This document shows, piece after piece, positions 14,420-27,380 of a stretch of 64,000 bases of DNA. The notes beneath the pieces were generated by a model. It saw only the letters and a list, made by a program, of their open reading frames with translations, was not told where the DNA came from and did not search any database. This DNA comes from Azolla caroliniana (taxonomy: Eukaryota > Plantae > Polypodiophyta). The stretch lies in NCBI GenBank assembly GCA_043228905.1, contig JBHGNT010000005.1, positions 8,060,001 through 8,124,000 on the forward strand, in the 5' to 3' direction. Position 1 is the stretch's first letter; each line of letters begins with the position of its first letter. A program made the translations under genes and the position numbers.

Positions 14420-15331
14420 TGTGGGTGCTAGAGGATCCTACCATCAGATTATGGTTGGAAAGTGTCCATGTCTGACGCAACGAATAAGATCCTACCATTC
14501 TTCTCATATTCGGTGGCATTGGGTAGAAACTTTATGTTGAATCAGACCGAGTCTGTCCCAGTGGGAAAAAAGTATTGGGAGGAAGGTAATGTCTCCTACT
14601 CTCATATGAGGATGTTTTGGAAAAGGTTTTGGGTAACTAAATCTATGAATAAGATATTGCATTTCCGTTGGTTGATGATTCACTATGCATTGCCAGTAGG
14701 TGAACTATTGAGGAGTCTTGTGAGTGATCGGTCATGTGTTATGTGTGGGTTTGCATCTGAGTCCCTACATCATGTATTTTGGGAGTGTGTGTTCGCTAAA
14801 AGGTTTTGGTTTTGAATTCTTAGACTTTTAGGTCGTAAGTATACCTCGGCTATCTTCACATGGGGTGCAGTCTTTTGGGGAATGTTGGACGAACAAACGG
14901 CCTTTTATCATTATCAACATTCTTCTTTGCTTGTACATGTGAGAAGTTTTCAAGTATTCCAAGTATATGCTACCTCAAGTTCCTTGTAGGGAATCAAGTT
15001 CTTTTCGCGGAGTTATGTGTGGCAAATTGTTTCCTCTTTGGGTTTATGGGTTCTTTGGAAAGCTAGGTGTTCCAAGCTATACAAGGATGAAAATACTCAT
15101 GTTGTAGAACAAGTTAAGTCTTTTTGGGACTTATTGGTTCATACGGTTAAAGGTGATTATGACGGTTGTAAGGGATCAGGAAACACAACTAGTCAAAAAA
15201 GAAGGAGAATTAGAAGAGTTTGGTCATCTATTCCTATCATGTTGGATGCAGAGACTAATGTTAAATGGAATTACATACCGCCTCGTTGGTTGTTCCCGCC
15301 ACCAACACCGTCCTTAGAGCATACAACATGA
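14420..15331 (+). mobile_element. 5'-truncated, degenerate L1-type LINE fragment (zf-RVT region to C-terminus)
   Basis: ORF pieces WLMIHYALPVG...CVMCGFASESLHHVFWEC (zinc-binding zf-RVT) and LWVLWKARC...WNYIPPRWLFPPP. Homologous to the LINE ORF2 end at 18045-19292. Confidence 0.85.
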
Positions 15332-15589
15332 CTCAACATGGAAGAGGTGATTGGGGTGCATAGTAAGAGTTTTTTCATAAAAGAATTTTTTCGCAGTGAT
15401 CTTCGATATGTTTGGTGCGGATAGTGAAGCAGATGCTTTACCTTACATAGGGATGATGATCTTCATCCCTTAGATAGGATGAATGATAAGGTTGTTTCAT
15501 AAGGACAACAATGTATGCATTCATTTTTGTTTATGTAGGTTTAAGCTATTGGGGATACTCGATAACAGTGAGCTGATTGATGGGGAACT

Positions 15590-16490
15590 TCGTGGACATT
15601 GGCAAGATACTAATACGCGAGACGGCTGATGTGGATTGAATGAAGAAATTTTGTTTATGATAAGGATGAGTGAAGATGATGGGGGTGTTGTAGCCGACTA
15701 TCATGAATGGGTGAGGTTTTTTCATGGACATTGGCATGAGGCTAATCAACCAGACGGTTGATGTGGACTGAACAAAGAAAATTTTTCTGTGATAAGGATG
15801 AGTGAAGATGGTGGGGAGGTTGAAGCCGACTAGCACGAGTGGGTGAGGAAACGTTTAGACTAATTTTTTGTTGATTAATACAGGATATGCGTGGACACTA
15901 GCACCATGTTAATCGGTGAGATGGCTGATGTCGACTGAACAAAGAAATTTTTCTGGGTTAAGGATGAGTGAAGATGGTGGGGAGAGTCGAAGCCAATTAT
16001 CAGGAGTGGGTGAGGAAACGTTTAGACTAATTTTTGTTGATTAATACAGGATATGCGTGGACATTGGAACCATGTTAATCGGTGAGATGGCTAATGTCGA
16101 CTAAATGAAGAAATATTTGTTGTGTTAAGGATGAGTGAAGATGGTGGGGAGGGTTGAAGCCAATTATCAGGAGTGGGTGAGGAAACTTTTGGACTGATTT
16201 TGTTCTTAACACAGGATTACCAACAAGATATAATCCCAATTCAAAACTAGGTTCAATCTTGCATTGGAAAAAGGCAGAGAAAGGTATATAAAGACTGAGA
16301 AGATGGGCAGGCTAAAGAGAAACCAAGTTTTTTGGCAATGCTTAAGCCGATGTTTACAAGTCCAAGAGTTTGGATAGGTTATGAATCTTGCATTGGAAAA
16401 AGGCAAAGAAAGATATATAAATACTGAGAAGATCGGCAGGCTGAAGAGAAACCAGGTTTTTTGGCAATGTTTAAGCCGATGTTTACAGAG
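15590..16490. repeat. Degenerate tandem repeats (~130-167-bp units) of unknown origin
   Basis: TAAGGATGAGTGAAGATG recurs at ~15661, 15793, 15960 and 16126. AATCTTGCATTGGAAAAAGGCA occurs at ~16255 and 16384. Confidence 0.75.
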
Positions 16491-18044
16491 CTAGAAGAAG
16501 ACTACGACCAAGAAGCAGCTGATTACCTTAGCAGCTTGATTGGAGAGAGGGGATTTTTACTGCCAAACTGGTAGAAAAGGACACATCACAAGGGAAAGTT
16601 AAAGGCCAAGGAACGGACACAAAACTAAGTGTTATTCTGTATGACATTGAGCCATTTTAATCTGTCTTATTTTGTTTGAGATTGAGCCAGTTTCTGTAGG
16701 AGATTGAAGAAAAGCAAGAGAAACTAGTTGAGTCTGTGATGAATACCCAATTGCTTTTAAGGGAAAGAAGGAGGTGGTGGTATTATGGGCTTTCATTATG
16801 GGTTTTGCTGTGTTCTATGGCTGCCTCATCGAGATGTCTCCAAAACATCGTACATTTTCAGCATATGATCCCATGGAATATAAATCAATGGTAGTGGCAA
16901 AGAAGTTAAATGGCAGAGAATGGTTCTGGTTGGACAATGTCCCACATGTTCAAGTAAAGGTGAATGGAAAAGAGGTGATAAAGAGGCTTATTCGTGCTAA
17001 AGTGGAGGCCTTCTCAAGGTTTATATGTGGTCTTATAGCTCGACGTAGCAATGGAATTTTCTCAAGGTTTATATGTGCTCTTCTAGCAAAGGTGTTATTG
17101 GCAACAATGTAGTTTTTTTGATAATATGTATTTGTGCAGAGGAAACAGTATTATGTACTATTTGTATATTGCCTTTGGCTTTTTATTAATACTAATGGAG
17201 CATATTTTTATGGAAAAAAAAAGGAGTTGGGCTTTGTAAACGAGACTAGCTACCCTCTACATTATGACATCGTGAAATGCTTAGGACACTCTATTGGTGA
17301 GGCAAAGGTTGCTCGTTTCGGATTTGTTCATCTCGACTTCCAAGGTATAACATAAGGAATTATTTGGTGGTATGAGACACCAATGCCATTTTACCTTGGT
17401 CTCTTGTCCTTTGCTTAGGGGTGGTCTATGTGGTTTAAACACCCTCAAACCATTCTTTCCTTAATCTTAATTTTCATTCTTTATCAATAGTATTTCAATT
17501 TGTGATATTTGCTATTAGATCTTGGTAGCAATTATCATCTTTCCTCTTTTGTTGTTTATTCTTATACCAATCAATGAGAAAATCAAAGGAGCAAGAAATC
17601 AATATTATTTCTCTATTGCCATCAATATTTTGAAACTTGGCTAATATCATGTGAACCTTTGAAATGATAATATATTTACAATTTAATTTTTTGTTGGTAT
17701 TTATTTGATCATCTATTGATATTTGATTGATCATTTATCGATATTTAATCAATTGTTTGTTGATATTCAATTTGATATTTGATCAATCATTTATTGACAT
17801 TTGATTCCGTGGATTCAATGTTTAATTGATCTTTCATGGATATTTGATTCAATATTTAATCAATGTCTTATTGATATTTTATTTTATTTTCCAAAAGAAG
17901 AATATACTCCATTAGTTAAAATGACATACAATACACAACTTTAGACATTACCTACTTCCATATGGACTACATCACTTATTTATCTTACACTAAATAGCCC
18001 ACATGTTTGTTCTCCATGTTTGTCGTGTCATTCACGCCCCTCTA

Positions 18045-21000
18045 TCATCTAATGGGAGGGGGGAACAACCATCTCAGTACTACGTACTGCCATCGTATCT
18101 CCACTCCAATTTCTGTAGCCATCGGTGTAGTACACCATCGTTTTCTGAATTTCAGCCTCATTAAATCTGAAGCATCATCTATTCCATCAATCTGCTCATA
18201 TTGGGCCCTCAATGTAGTTATTAGCATGTGCCATATTAGCTTAATAGATTCTGCTGGAGGCCGTTTGTTTGCTGAAAATACCCTGGTACATCTTGCGATC
18301 CAAATGTTCCATATGATAATGGGTGCTAGCAACATCCATAGATCTACAATTTTCTGCTTATGGGCATTACTTCTAGGTGCACTGTTACCAACGATCACTC
18401 GAATAGTTCCATTCTCCCCTCTGTACATAGTTGTACATGTGTTATCAAAATTCTCTACGTCATCATCAAGACAATTCCAACAAGCATGTCCCCAATTGAG
18501 GGTAAATGAGCTAGAGGCATGGCAAAGCAATCGTAATGCCCTTCTCCATACTACTGTAGCCTCATGACATTCCCAAAGACAATGGGAAATGCTTTCTAGT
18601 TGTCCACATGCACTACATCTTGGGTCTACATTGGGGCCTTTAGCCCATGCCCCTACTGGCAAGGCTCTATGCACAATAAGCCATAAGCACATCATTATCT
18701 TGCGGTCACCGCTGTCATGCCATATCATTTTCCAGAATTTAGCTAATCTCCTTTCACTAATGCCCTCTTGTATCCAAAATTTACGAGCTGCAATATCTTG
18801 GTGTTGTTTTAGGATAATTTGCCTCCCGATTTTTGTGTTGTACCTGAAAAATTGCACCAACTTGGCACCATCACTTGGACCTTGAGTTTTCCGGAAATAC
18901 ATCGCGGGGTCCCATGATAGCTGATTTGTATGCCCTTCTATCGGCCAACACACTGTCGTTGGTTTGAGCTCACTCGGTTCGGGGTCAACTATCATAGCCT
19001 TTCCATTTTTTGCAAGCAACCTAATCGGCCTTTCAGTTTGATAGGCTGGTTGCTCACATATTACCCTTCTATGCTCTATTTTGTAGTAGCATGCCTCATT
19101 AGAGTCGACTTTCATTCCCTTAATTCCGACTATATAATTTTCAGCATCGATGAGTCCTATCCATTCCATTTTAGAGGGGCTTATGGCTGCTTCTTCCAAG
19201 ATTTGCCCGCTACGTGCAAAGGCATCTGTAATCCTCATTAGCATGCATTTACCCCTATTTATCCTCCATATTCTAGCCTTTTGAGTGTCCACATCATTAC
19301 GTAGAAATCTCTTTCAATTTGCCAATGTATTCCCTTGGGCATTGATTAAATTGGCCCATTTGAAACCTGTTTTTTGTCCTATCATCAGCCCATCCACATC
19401 TCTAATTAATGGGTTCCAAACAATAGGCATGTACATTCAAGCATACGCATCATTTCTCCACCTACAAACGATTCCTTTTCTTATTCCATTCCATGCCTTC
19501 ATAATTCCAACAACACATATACTCTGTGTACATCCCCGGTATTTGGGTCGCATTTCAGGCACAAACCCCCCAAAAGGGCTACCTGGCCAACTCCCGCCAT
19601 GTCTTGGCAACCACATCTTCCATCTTCACGTTTATATTTTATGAGTGTAGTTCATGCAACCTTTGCACAAGCATGTTTTCCCTCAGTGCCCCCCTATAAG
19701 AAATTTCTGATCAACCTTTTTATCAATTTCATCGACTTGGGTGCGATTATCCAACATGCCGCAGTATGCCATATTGTGGCCATTAGCTCCTGATTTGCAA
19801 TCACAATCTTGGCTGCAAAGGATAATTTTCTTGCATTCCACCATATTAACTTCGCTTTTATTTTGTCCACAAGTAGAGTGTAGTGTTCTGAGCGATCAAT
19901 GTCCATCCCGATTTTGAAACCCAAGTATCTAGTAGCTTCTCCTCTCCTCAACCATCTGAAATTAGGGTTTGGAGCCCAATTTACCACAGGCTTATTGCTA
20001 ATCCAAATGCCCACTGATTTATTCCAGTTTATATTCGCACCCGACCCCCTACAAAACTCATTTATTGCACTTTGTAGTCTGTCCAAGTTGTTTGCATCCC
20101 CCTTAACATAAATTGTTGTATCATCAGCATATTCTGTATCAAGCATCATTCCTGCATCCTCGAGTAGGGGAAGGCCTTGTATTTGCCAATATCTATCACT
20201 AATATGATAATGCAACGCTTCCGCTGCAATAATGAATAGGTACGGGGCCAATGGGCATCCTTGGCGTACTGATTGTGTCATCCTAAAGCTCTTCCCCAAG
20301 CTTCCAGCCATTAAAACCTGGCTGGAAGCATCCCTATAAAAGGCAGCCAATCCAAGGATCCATTGTTGCTCGAAGCCTAGGGTAGCCATCACTGCTTCTA
20401 GGAATTCCCATGAGATCCTGTCATATGCTTTTTCAAAATCGAGTAACATTACTACTAGGTCCACTTCTTGCTCCTCTGCCCATGCTGAATACTCCCAAAA
20501 AGTTATCACATTGTCAACAATGCTCTGGTTTTCGAGGAAGCCAGTTTGCGTTGTATGTATTATGTCCCCTAGGACCGTTTTCAATCGACTATTGACAACT
20601 TTAGCCATGATCTTATAGCCATTAGTGAGAATCGTCAAAGGTCGCCAATTATCAAGCATAGTTAGATCTTTCCCATCCTTGGGAATTAAATAAATCATTC
20701 CTTGACATAGTGTCGGAGGCATTAAACCTTCAGCCATAATGTATTGCATCCCTTCCAACATGTCATCCTTAATTAAATCCCAATATTTGATGTAAAAATA
20801 TATAGGGAGTCCATCTATGCCTGCACAACTTTGTTTGTTCATATCTGAAATTGCATCCCTCAATTCTTGTATACAAATAGGGGTATTTAGACGGTCCATC
20901 ATCTGAGCCGAAACTCTCTTCGGTATCCTGTTTATTATATTTCTAAAGGCATCCTGCTCAATATGTTCCTCGTTGCATACATTCAGTAGTTGCATATAAT

Positions 21001-22278
21001 AGCTCGTGGCCATCCCAAGCATTTCCTTCGCGCACGTGGTCATTGTGCCATCTGTCTTTTTCAAACATGAAGGTTGGGTCCCAGAGCCTTTGCATTTTAC
21101 AGCTTCAAAAAACCTTTCGTAACACGGTCTCCTACCCTCATCCAATTTACTGCTTTACTACGATAGGCATTAGTAGTCCTTAGTTTCTGATACATATCCA
21201 GTTTGCATTTTGCCTCCTCTAGTTGGGCCTCAATCCATACATTATTTGGGTATTGTTCTCTTAGTCGCTGCATAGAAGCGAGTGTCCATTGCATTCTTTG
21301 TAGTTTCTCCTTCATCTCCTTTCTAATTTCAGTTGCTTTCTTCCGAAAGAAACATGCACATTCCTCAATTTTCCCAGCCAGCCTATGAGCGGGATCATGA
21401 TACATCCATTTGACATTAGACCATAGTCTTCTTATATCATTAGTCCATTTATTGTCCATGACCAACTCCTTGCTCACCTTCACATTATGTGGATTGCATC
21501 GACTGTTTTCTTTTATATGTAACAAGACAAGTGCATGGTCTGAGAACATCGTTCCAGGACAAATTATGCATTTGCCTTTCATATCTATGAGCCGAGGGTT
21601 CAAGTACCATATGTCCAACCTGGACATTGTCCTTCCATGAACGCTTCCTCCTACTCTAGAGTATAGAAGAGATTTTTCTTTTTGCATCTGAAAGTTAGAT
21701 GCATTCCAACAATCTATCACATTATATGCTAAACAAAACTTATCCCATGCATCTTTTTCCGCCCCTTGCACCGTGCCATTTGCATTTCCGCTTCTATCTT
21801 CTTGTTGCTCCACCATTTTAAAATATCCTCCAATGATCCAAAGATCTGCATCTAGTTTCTTGTCCACTAGTTGCAACCAGAATTCCTTTCTTTCAGTAGC
21901 AGAATTTGGGGCATATATGTTCAGTATGCCCAAGTGCCCATATCTATGTTTTATCCTTATATAGACAGCCCGACCCTCTACTAAGCATCCTCTGGCTGTG
22001 AATGCTGCATTAGACTTAACTTTCATTGCTATGAGTACTCCCCCATCAATCTGCCTGTTCCCCGTAGCTGCCGACCATGTATTGGTCCAACTCCCAAGGC
22101 AGATGTTTCCAATTTTGTCAATCTTATCCCCGTCTAGGTGATGCTCTTGCACCATGATAACATCAGGCACTATTGCCTCCGTGCATCGATGAATTTCAGC
22201 AGCTAATACATTCTTCTTCATGTGGAATTGGCTACCACCAATTCCTTGTATATTCCATGTTAGCAAGCTAAGATTCAT
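18045..22278 (-). pseudogene. LINE ORF2 (APE endonuclease, RT, zf-RVT), disrupted by frameshifts and stops
   Basis: 21097-22278: TWNIQG, VQEH, NIYAPN, SRLD, SDH; the GDFN motif appears as GYFK. 19694-21145: WRPLTI, LDFEKAYD, RQGCPLAP, YADD. 18045-19292: CSACGQLESISHCLWEC ... WLFPPP. Confidence 0.9.
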
Positions 22279-22279
22279 T

Positions 22280-24013
22280 TTAGCATAAACCGTGCCTCTT
22301 TAGTGGCCCAACCAATGCATTTTCAGCTTCCACTAGGTTTGCAAAGATCATATCTTGGAGATTATCCTCTTCTAGTGTCACCATTTCAAGGTGGTATACC
22401 ATGAATTCCGTGATCATTCGAGGCAGCTTCCTAAATTTCACATTTATATAGCATATGCCTTGCTCATTCGCCTTGCCCGAGCTCCATAGCATGGCATCTT
22501 TCCATTGTCTTTTCATTTTCACACTTATTGCAGTACCATATGTTGAATCTACATGAGCACCCATTTGTTGTTCCAACCATCCGAGTGCTTCTTCTCTGTT
22601 GTGGGGCTCCTTATTTCCCACGACCAGCATATAGGACAGTCCAACGATTTGATCTTCGTCCTCACAATGACTTAGATAGATATTGATTCTACACATGCTG
22701 TCCTTCTTCATCTCAACCCCACACATTTCCTTGAACCACTTTTTGCCTGTCAGTTTCACTTTGATTTGTTGCCCAGTAGTCGATAGGGGGGTCACTTTGT
22801 ATTGAGGATTCCATTTCACTCTTGACCATTTACGCATACCTTTATGTTTCTCCATCCCATTCTCTTCCTCTTTTCTAGCAGGCATGTGCCTTTTCATTTT
22901 TGCTATCCCCTTAATATGTTGGGTTGTCACTAGCAACTTATCTTGCTCTTTCAAGGGGCTTACATCCTTTTGATTTCTTATTTCTCCTTCCTCATCCATA
23001 CATTCTTGATGCATCTGATTAGTTTCAACCACTAACACATTGTCTTCCTGCTGCAATGTCTGCATATCATTAATAACATTCACAAAGTTGCTCTCCGAAT
23101 GTGCCTTTGATCTTGCTTCCTTGTCATTAGCTATGTTTTCATTGTCCTCTACGGTTAAGAGTTCATATTTGTTGCTAAGTTGAGGCCATTCTTGTCCGAG
23201 CATAATTTTTTGTTTTCCTTTATTATTCATATACTTCCATCCATCTTCATTCATCCGCATTGCATGGTTTGTTCTCATATTTTTCTGTTGTGTCAAACTT
23301 GTTGGGCTTTTCCATCCATGCTTCCCATTTCTACGATGCATGATCTCCTTACCTCTAGGGCATTCTCGGGCCATATGCCCCATTTGTCTACATACAAAAC
23401 ATTGCCCTGGAAGTCCGACATATTCCACTGGTTGTACATGGTCAGGCATGAGTTTGCTGCTTAGCACCATTGTTTGTGGTAAGGTCTTTACATCAGAGAC
23501 AATTAATTTCATCCTCGGCGTTTCACTTACTCTCTCTGCAAATGTTTTTTCCAAACATTGCCCTCCCATACTCTTCCCAATGACTGGGAGAAAAGACTCC
23601 CATTGCTTAGGTAAACCAGGGAAAAAGGCCGTTATTACTGCTGGATTTCCTATACAAGCATTTGCTTTACACATGTCAAAATCCACATCCCATTTGAATA
23701 CATACGCTCTTGCATTGTGCCATGTCAACGGACTGTTCTCGATAATTTTGCATATATTCGTATTAGGCATCACAGTAACATGGTAGAACCCCTTTCCCAT
23801 AAATGTGATGTCCTTCACTCTTCCAAGGTTTTCTTGCAGGCAACTTTGCAACCAATCACGCAACAACGGGCAATTTGGTCGACTACCCACCACTTTCACC
23901 ACAAATGATTCTTGTCTAAGTCTTGCGATTTCACTCTCCATGATGCATTCTTCTTCTGGGGAGAGAACGAAGGCTCCCATAGCTTGCATTGAGTTATCAC
24001 CTAACCTATTCAT
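22280..24013 (-). CDS. LINE ORF1p (DUF4283-like N-terminus, CCHC zinc knuckle, extra C-terminal domain)
   Basis: 577-aa open frame. MGKGFYHV...VFKWD is DUF4283-like. CFVCRQMGHMAREC is a zinc knuckle. Confidence 0.85.
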   Translation of the reverse strand: MNRLGDNSMQAMGAFVLSPEEECIMESEIARLRQESFVVKVVGSRPNCPLLRDWLQSCLQENLGRVKDITFMGKGFYHVTVMPNTNICKIIENSPLTWHNARAYVFKWDVDFDMCKANACIGNPAVITAFFPGLPKQWESFLPVIGKSMGGQCLEKTFAERVSETPRMKLIVSDVKTLPQTMVLSSKLMPDHVQPVEYVGLPGQCFVCRQMGHMARECPRGKEIMHRRNGKHGWKSPTSLTQQKNMRTNHAMRMNEDGWKYMNNKGKQKIMLGQEWPQLSNKYELLTVEDNENIANDKEARSKAHSESNFVNVINDMQTLQQEDNVLVVETNQMHQECMDEEGEIRNQKDVSPLKEQDKLLVTTQHIKGIAKMKRHMPARKEEENGMEKHKGMRKWSRVKWNPQYKVTPLSTTGQQIKVKLTGKKWFKEMCGVEMKKDSMCRINIYLSHCEDEDQIVGLSYMLVVGNKEPHNREEALGWLEQQMGAHVDSTYGTAISVKMKRQWKDAMLWSSGKANEQGICYINVKFRKLPRMITEFMVYHLEMVTLEEDNLQDMIFANLVEAENALVGPLKRHGLC

Positions 24014-25276
24014 CCCCTATGTCCCCTGTTCTAGATGATCATCATAATCATTAGAGGTTCGATCCTCACATACCTGCGTCCCCTTGGTGGCAAGAGGATT
24101 TCGAGTTGCAGTTCATGCAGCCTCAACAGGTTCTGAGACGCTGGTTGATACCCCCTCTGCTGTCATCACTGTTGTCATCACCGCCATCACTGCGAGCTGC
24201 TGTTCGTGCAGCCTCCCGACGAGCTCCTCCTGTTGTTCGTATCCTGCCAACCCACTTCTTTGTGAAGACCAAGGTAGTCCTAACATGCCTTTATTGATAT
24301 TTTATTTGATATTCATTGATAATTGATTGACAATAGCACCCAATGGATAGTTGTGTGAATGCACATGTGTTCACACATATTCACCACTTTATGATGGAAG
24401 GTTGCCATGCATTAAAGTGTGTTTTGCATGCAGAAACATAAGTGGCATGGATGGTCAAAATCACATGTGTATCGCTAAATTCATCATAAATTGGCATCTT
24501 AAATTAAGGTACTGATATAGTTGTCACCTCTACCGCCTAAAGTACTTGTTATCAAGGGCATAGTTAAACATGGCAATACTTGATATTGTGGGCTGACAAG
24601 CATTGCATACTGAACCCACTTATCAACACTAGACTTAGTCGTTACCACTAGGTTGTGAACAATTTTAGTACCCTTATGTACATATTTAGACTATTTATAT
24701 TTTAAGTATTTATAACATATATGATAACCATTTTTTCTTCACTCAAAGAAACTTGTTTGTAAATGAATATGTTGATAAGTATTGGGAGATTATCCATAGT
24801 ATACCTGAAGAGACATTGTTATTTGTAAGTAAATAAATTTGCATTAAGACCTAAGGTTTCTCTTTGATCCATAGTTCACCAAGAGAATTATATATCACAC
24901 TTAGCCAAACTATTGAGATGGCTTTGGTATATGAGGATCACTAGAAACCTATTAACCATATTGTTGAGCGACCAAGCTCAACCAGATCCAGATCGGCTGA
25001 ATAAGCCAGAGCCGGATCGGTGTCCAGATGATATCTGGAACCAGGAGCCGAATCAGAGACCTGGATCGGATTGAAACCAATAGGCCATTAGAGGCCTATG
25101 GATCCAACCTAGTACGTAGGCATATTTTTGGGAGTCAGTGATAGTCGCTCATGTGAGCATTGAAGTGTCTGTCAGTACTTCTATTAGTCCTTTATGGACT
25201 TGTATAAAAGTGCTCTCTGAGCACATTCTATGTATAGAATATTGAGAGTATTAATTTGAATAGAGTTTTATGTTCT

Positions 25277-25325
<49 letters not shown>

Positions 25326-27010
25326 TATGCTTATTCTATCTGTGTTAAGCTTCCATTAAACCTTCTTCTCTGTACTGTTACTATCCGACAAAGCCGGTTT
25401 GGTATAAGCTTCAGCATGCTAAATTTGACATGGTATTAGAGCGCGAGGGTTGAGAACCTCTGTAGTCAACGAGCGACTAGTGAAGACAAAACCTAACACT
25501 CGGTGAAGAATAGAAGAGAACCTAAGATGGACAGAGGAATGGCAAGTTCACTTCCGACGGAAAAGCTCGATCAGAGCAACTATACATCCCGATCATATAA
25601 AATGCACCAGTACCTGTTGGGGCATGGATATTAGAGCCATGTGGAAGGAACCAACGAAGTAGCACCGGAGCCGGCATACAAAGACTTCCCGGCATGGGAG
25701 CAGGGAGCGAGCCGAGTATTGTACTGCCTCGCGTCCGGTGTGCACGATCAGATGCTCGACTACATCAAGGATGCAAAAACGCCAAAGGAGGCCTGGGAAA
25801 ATCTTCAGAAGATTTTCGCTGCGAGTACCACAACCCGTAAGTTGTAGCTCCGACAGGAGCTGAACAACATCCGGCAAAGAGATATGTCGGTTACGGACTA
25901 CACCACTAAGATAAAGGAGAATTGTGACACGCTCGGGTCCATCAATGTGATAGTGGACGAAGACGAGATGGTCCAAATCTATCTCGGTGGTCTAGCACAA
26001 CGGTACGGGCCAATCCAGACGGCAATTTGCACCTGGGAGAAACCATCGTCCTTTGACTTACAATCAATGTTGATGGTCGAAGAAAACCATGCGAGTGGGT
26101 CGAGGACCACTTAATCGGACATCCGGATGCTGTACACGGAGGCGGATTGACCCCGTGGGCGTGGAGGACAAGGTGGGTCGGTACGCAATGGTGGCGGTCG
26201 GCAAGAGCAAAACCGAAGGCACAGAGACAGTGCCGACAACAATTCCGGACCCTCCACAAGCAGGGGGAGTCATGCTAGTGCCGGAAACCGGCAAGGAAAG
26301 GCTGGCACGAAATGCTGGTACTGTGGCAAGAAAGGCCATAGGGAAAGCGAGTGCTGGAAGAAGCGCGCCGATTCGGAAAAATCCGGATCTAGCAAAGCCG
26401 GTCTGGAAAACCGGCAAAGCTTGCACTACGTAGAAGGATCAGAAGGATCTGGAACCGGGAAGACCTGTAAAGGGCCATCCTTCGTGATGAAGCACAAGTT
26501 TAACTCGATGAAGAAGACTACTTCCAAATCAGAGGAAGTATGGTACGTTGATTCCGGAGCGTCCAACCACATGACGAGCCATGAAGAGTGGTTCTCTTTT
26601 TTGGGGAAACCGGAACAACCGGGGATTGTCGAAACCGGAGACGACATCCCTCATCCGATTGTGCATGTCGGAGAAGTCCCGTTAAGCCATGTCAGATAAA
26701 AGGGGAAGTTGATGAACGTATTACATGTTCCGACTATCACAAAGAACCTGGCATCGGTCGGACAAATGGTCGACCAGGGAATGCCCGATGATTGCGCAAG
26801 GGTGAAGAGAAGGGAGGATGTTCATCCTCAACACAAATGACATCGGCACCGCCATGTTTGCCAAAGGACAAAAGATTGAATCAAACATTGATCTCTGGCA
26901 CAAGCGGATCGGCCATGTCAATTACCGGAGGCTTTAGGACTTGCAATCGAAACATGTTGTGTTCGGTTTGCCAGAAGGCCCAAGTTTGTGAAGCCTACCA
27001 ACTCGGGAAG

Positions 27011-27380
27011 GAAGTTTACTTTTTCCATCATGTCTCTTGGCCCGAATTTCAAAACTTAGATTTTATTATGTCATATCATAGCCTACTTCGTTGGCTTTGA
27101 TTCAACTATTTGAACTCTAAAATCCGATATCATATGAAGACGCTATGAGCTTTTTGGTTCACATGGGCGCTCTTGTTTGCCCCTACATGACTTCTCCCAC
27201 AACTTTGCTTTTTGATTCATTTCTCTTGTCCTGAATTTCAAAACTTAGGTTTTATTAGGTCATATCATAGCCTACTTCGTTGGCTTTGATTCAACTTAAC
27301 TCTAAAATCCGATATCATATGAGGACGCTATGAGCTTTTTGGTTCACGTGGGCGCTCTTGTTTGCCCCTACATGACTTTT
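27011..27380. other. ~370-bp non-Copia AT-rich insert with an internal ~190-bp tandem repeat, inside the Copia-1 integrase
   Basis: Splits the CQLGKQ/HRLPF codons that are contiguous in Copia-2. The unit GTCATATCATAGCCTACTTCGTTGGCTTTGATTCAAC...GCCCCTACATGACTT occurs twice. Confidence 0.8.

Larger units (their letters stand above)
17885..24290 (-). mobile_element. Full-length L1-clade LINE (6.4 kb) with 17-bp TSD
   Basis: TTATTGATATTTTATTT at 17868-17884 and 24291-24307. On the minus strand the 3' end is (AAAAT)n-like. Contains ORF1 and a broken ORF2 (EN-RT-zf). Confidence 0.92.
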
